A stretch of DNA of 20,026 bases from Candidatus Brocadiia bacterium (GTDB lineage: Bacteria; Planctomycetota; Brocadiia; SM23-32): assembly GCA_046538485.1 (NCBI GenBank), contig JBKHIT010000076.1, positions 1-20,026 of the forward strand, given 5' to 3'. The notes beneath the pieces were generated by a model. The model searched no databases. It was not told the origin of the DNA and saw nothing but the letters and a program-made list of their open reading frames with translations. Positions 17,739 to 20,026 of this stretch are shown one piece after another; positions within the stretch are counted from its first letter, which is position 1, and each line of letters begins with the position of its first letter. The translations under genes were made by a program, and so were the position numbers.

Positions 17739-19373
17739 GTGCTTTTGATGTCTGCTTTACCGTCGAGTGCTGTTGAGATGCCTGCGTGGGCGCAGAACCA
17801 GTTCGATCTGCGGAGCGAAATGAATGCGTGGATCGAGTTCAGCATGCGCTGGCAGCGGGGAACGCCCTGGTACGGCATCCACGATGAAGGGACTTTTGCG
17901 GAGTCCTGGTTTTCCTACTATCTGATGACCGGCAACCGCGATATCCTCGATTTCCTCTACCACATGCGGGACGGCTTCCTGAAATGGAGCGATACGAATT
18001 TCTACCACGGGTACTATCCGGAAGGGGAAGCGCATCATCAGGTGGAGACCTTCTTTCAGTTCTTATGCCACTTCTGGTCGCTGGACGAAGACCGAGAGCG
18101 GGATATTGAGATCGTGGAGGATGCCGCGCATCACGTCGGCAACTGGGTGCCGGGTATCCCCGCGTGGTACGATTGGGAGCGGCACCGCATGCTCAGTTAC
18201 TGGTTGGGGACCCGGACAGTGCGGGATGAGCCGCCGTACGACTACGAATGCTTCGACCATTTTCGCTTTATCAAAATCTGCCTGAATACATACCTGGCCA
18301 CCGGGGACCCGCGCTACCTGGAGTGGTCCGTCGATTACGCGGACGGTTGGCGGGACGTGCTGATGGCCCCTCACCATGCGCCGATGGTGTTCCGATTTTG
18401 CACGGACGATCCGGAAGAAATCGACCATTTGTATTTTACTGAAGAGGCGAAAAGGAAGATCGGGCGCGGATTTGATATTCACTCCGCGGTGAACTACGCA
18501 CTCAAGCGCGGGGCCAACTGGGAGGAGTTGCGGGAGGATTACAACGGGGCGCTGGGACGCAGCACGGCAATGATCGAGAGCCTCCAGGAACTCTTCGTTC
18601 TCACCGGCGAAGATCGCTTTCTGGAGACCTCGTTGACGCTGATGGACCGTTTTGAAGAACACAGCCGCCGGACCGCGCCCCGGCGCTGGAAGAAGATCCT
18701 CCGGGCGACCACAGGGAACACGCGCTACGATGCAGAACTCCAGACCGTCCCCGGTGATACGGATGCTCCACCGCCTGACGTGATGCTTATCGAAAGCCCT
18801 TTTGCCAACGAGCATCCCACCCAGTCGTGGGGCAACCGGGAAGCGAACGAGACGGTAGTTCCCTATACGGGCCCCGACGTGGACGATCTGGTAACGGCGT
18901 ATCGGCTTTCCGGCGATATTTCGCGGGTGAAACACGCCTATCGGCTGGCCCGACCGATGCTGCACATGGCCCGAGTTTCCCTGCGTGACGGGCGAGAGCA
19001 CGGTTGCGCCAGTGGTAATTTCGCGGCGGGCCCTGGCCGGACTGCGGGTTATGCTTTGACGAAAACGGCCTTAGGGTACCGGGAGTTCTGCTGCACGCTC
19101 CGTCCGAAGATCCTTTACCGCCATGACGGTGTGCTGGGTTTGCCCGAAAAGGTCGCTGCTATCTACTTGCCGGAGGGAGACAATAAGCGAGTTGTGCGCC
19201 TCTACAACGCAGGAGAGGAGAGTGTGGAACTGGGCGTCTGCGCGAAAGATACGGACCGGAAGATCACCTCGGCCACGGTGGACGGCGAGCCCCATATGAA
19301 TATTAAGGGGAACGTTGTATCCGTAAAGCTGCTTCCAGGCCGGGAATACCGGGTCGCAGCAAGGCTGGGATAG
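17739..19373 (+). CDS. Hypothetical protein, possibly an (alpha/alpha)-barrel glycoside hydrolase/lyase-like fold with a C-terminal beta domain
   Basis: 544-aa GC-rich ORF rich in W/Y/H/D/E. Recurring helical-turn motifs YYLMTGNRDIL, YLATGDPRYLEW, FVLTGEDRFLE and YRLSGD are typical of six-hairpin glycosidase-like barrels. Start uncertain (17739, 17748 or 17778). Confidence 0.7.
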   Translation: MLLMSALPSSAVEMPAWAQNQFDLRSEMNAWIEFSMRWQRGTPWYGIHDEGTFAESWFSYYLMTGNRDILDFLYHMRDGFLKWSDTNFYHGYYPEGEAHHQVETFFQFLCHFWSLDEDRERDIEIVEDAAHHVGNWVPGIPAWYDWERHRMLSYWLGTRTVRDEPPYDYECFDHFRFIKICLNTYLATGDPRYLEWSVDYADGWRDVLMAPHHAPMVFRFCTDDPEEIDHLYFTEEAKRKIGRGFDIHSAVNYALKRGANWEELREDYNGALGRSTAMIESLQELFVLTGEDRFLETSLTLMDRFEEHSRRTAPRRWKKILRATTGNTRYDAELQTVPGDTDAPPPDVMLIESPFANEHPTQSWGNREANETVVPYTGPDVDDLVTAYRLSGDISRVKHAYRLARPMLHMARVSLRDGREHGCASGNFAAGPGRTAGYALTKTALGYREFCCTLRPKILYRHDGVLGLPEKVAAIYLPEGDNKRVVRLYNAGEESVELGVCAKDTDRKITSATVDGEPHMNIKGNVVSVKLLPGREYRVAARLG

Positions 19374-19440
19374 GACCCTCGATTGTGCCGAAACAATAAC
19401 AACCGTATATTTGGCAGGGCTCCCTTGATTTTTCTACTAG

Positions 19441-19536
19441 CCCGGATTTTACGGATAAGTGGAAGCCATTGTTGTCAAATTACGGTAGAATCTTGATTGA
19501 ACACTATTCCCAGCCCTTCTCAGCCAAAAATCCGGG
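19441..19536. mobile_element. 96-bp MITE-like element / internally deleted IS remnant (IS1380-like ends)
   Basis: Terminal inverted repeats CCCGGATTTT (19441-19450) and AAAATCCGGG (19527-19536), flanked by CTAG and CTAA. The perfect IR is 13 bp including the flanks. No ORF inside. Confidence 0.55.
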
Positions 19537-19541
19537 CTAAA

Positions 19542-19735
19542 AAAACAGCGCATAAATCTGACAACTTAAAATCAGTGCTCAGCAACGAGGCGAATGATAC
19601 ATTGAGAAATGATCGACTCTAAAGGCTTTTTCACAAACAGGATACCTTCATCTTCCGGCACGGTAACAGCCGCCGGACATGGCGAACAATTCTTGTTGTT
19701 GTAAATTGTTATGCCTAAACGGCATGCGCTGTTTT
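19542..19735. repeat. 12-bp perfect inverted repeat bracketing 194 bp of non-coding DNA
   Basis: AAAACAGCGCAT (19542-19553) and ATGCGCTGTTTT (19724-19735). Confidence 0.55.
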
Positions 19736-19738
19736 ATA

Positions 19739-19765
19739 TAGCCTGCATCCGTAAGATGCAGGCTA
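19739..19765. repeat. Perfect hairpin (11-bp stem, 5-nt loop)
   Basis: TAGCCTGCATC-CGTAA-GATGCAGGCTA, with no adjacent U-tract on either strand. Confidence 0.7.
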
Positions 19766-19935
19766 GGAATTTGAGAAGCGCAACTCCCTTGCTCAGGAGA
19801 AGTTCTTTAATAAACTTGTCGTACAGGGTAAACTATTAGCACGGACGGATTGGTTTGCAGCTGATATTGAATGTGTTTTGTGGTACGGCCTGCGAGCGCA
19901 ACTGGTGGTGAAGAAACTGCCGGGGGAGGGTGATT

Positions 19936-19984
19936 GTGAAGAAAATAAAAAAGAATGCCGAAGCCGGATTCACTCTGATCGAAC
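19936..19984 (+). CDS. 5' exon/fragment of a second prepilin-type (DUF1559-like) gene, interrupted after GFTLIE
   Basis: GGAGG (19925-19929), 6 nt, then GTG start. Translates MKKIKKNAEAGFTLIE: a basic leader plus the prepilin cleavage motif. It then continues RVPS-stop (TAA 19996-19998) instead of LLVVI. Too short for the ORF track. Confidence 0.8.
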
Positions 19985-20026
19985 GTGTGCCCAGTTAAGG
20001 CTGGGTAAACTTGTTGGGTGTAAGTC
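19985..20026 (+). mobile_element. Probable 5' end of a group II intron (runs off the window)
   Basis: Begins GTGTG (group II 5' consensus GUGYG) exactly where prepilin homology stops. Followed by a CCCAG/CTGGG stem and GGGTGTAAGTC, resembling the GGGTGNRAGTCCC element near the 5' end of bacterial introns such as class IIC. Only 42 nt visible. Confidence 0.65.

Noticed and set aside
17414..17878. Several short overlapping ORFs between the prepilin gene and the large hypothetical
   Set aside because: No motifs or RBS, and they overlap each other and the neighbouring genes.
18063..19001. 312-aa minus-strand ORF
   Set aside because: Antisense to the 544-aa plus-strand ORF, which has more protein-like composition; long shadow ORFs are expected in GC-rich coding DNA.
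1..20026. CRISPR array, tRNA or rRNA genes
   Set aside because: No regularly spaced direct repeats, cloverleaf or rRNA-like sequence seen by eye in any intergenic region.

Overview
Bacterial chromosomal window, probably PVC superphylum (Planctomycetota/Lentisphaerae-like, inferred only from DUF1559-type prepilin genes), with every credible gene on the + strand. It starts in an IS630-family transposase remnant followed by an AT-richer orphan ORF. A mostly housekeeping run follows: sat/cysC fusion, URO-D-like protein, pyrE, purB, membrane-anchored hypothetical, rimO, pgpA, birA and an Amidase_2 protein. Next come an FHA-kinase gene, a stand-alone FHA gene, a phosphohexomutase-like gene, miaB, a DUF1559-type prepilin gene and a large hypothetical. 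Two things stand out. (1) At the right edge a second prepilin gene start (MKKIKKNAEAGFTLIE) is cut at the conserved motif by a sequence resembling the 5' end of a group II intron (GTGTGCCC...GGGTGTAAGTC); only 42 nt of it are visible. (2) The FHA-kinase and the mutase-like protein have both lost key catalytic residues in intact ORFs, suggesting a pseudoenzyme signalling module. The intergenic region 19374-19935 also holds a 96-bp MITE-like element and further inverted repeats. All calls come from reading motifs by eye; no searches were run.
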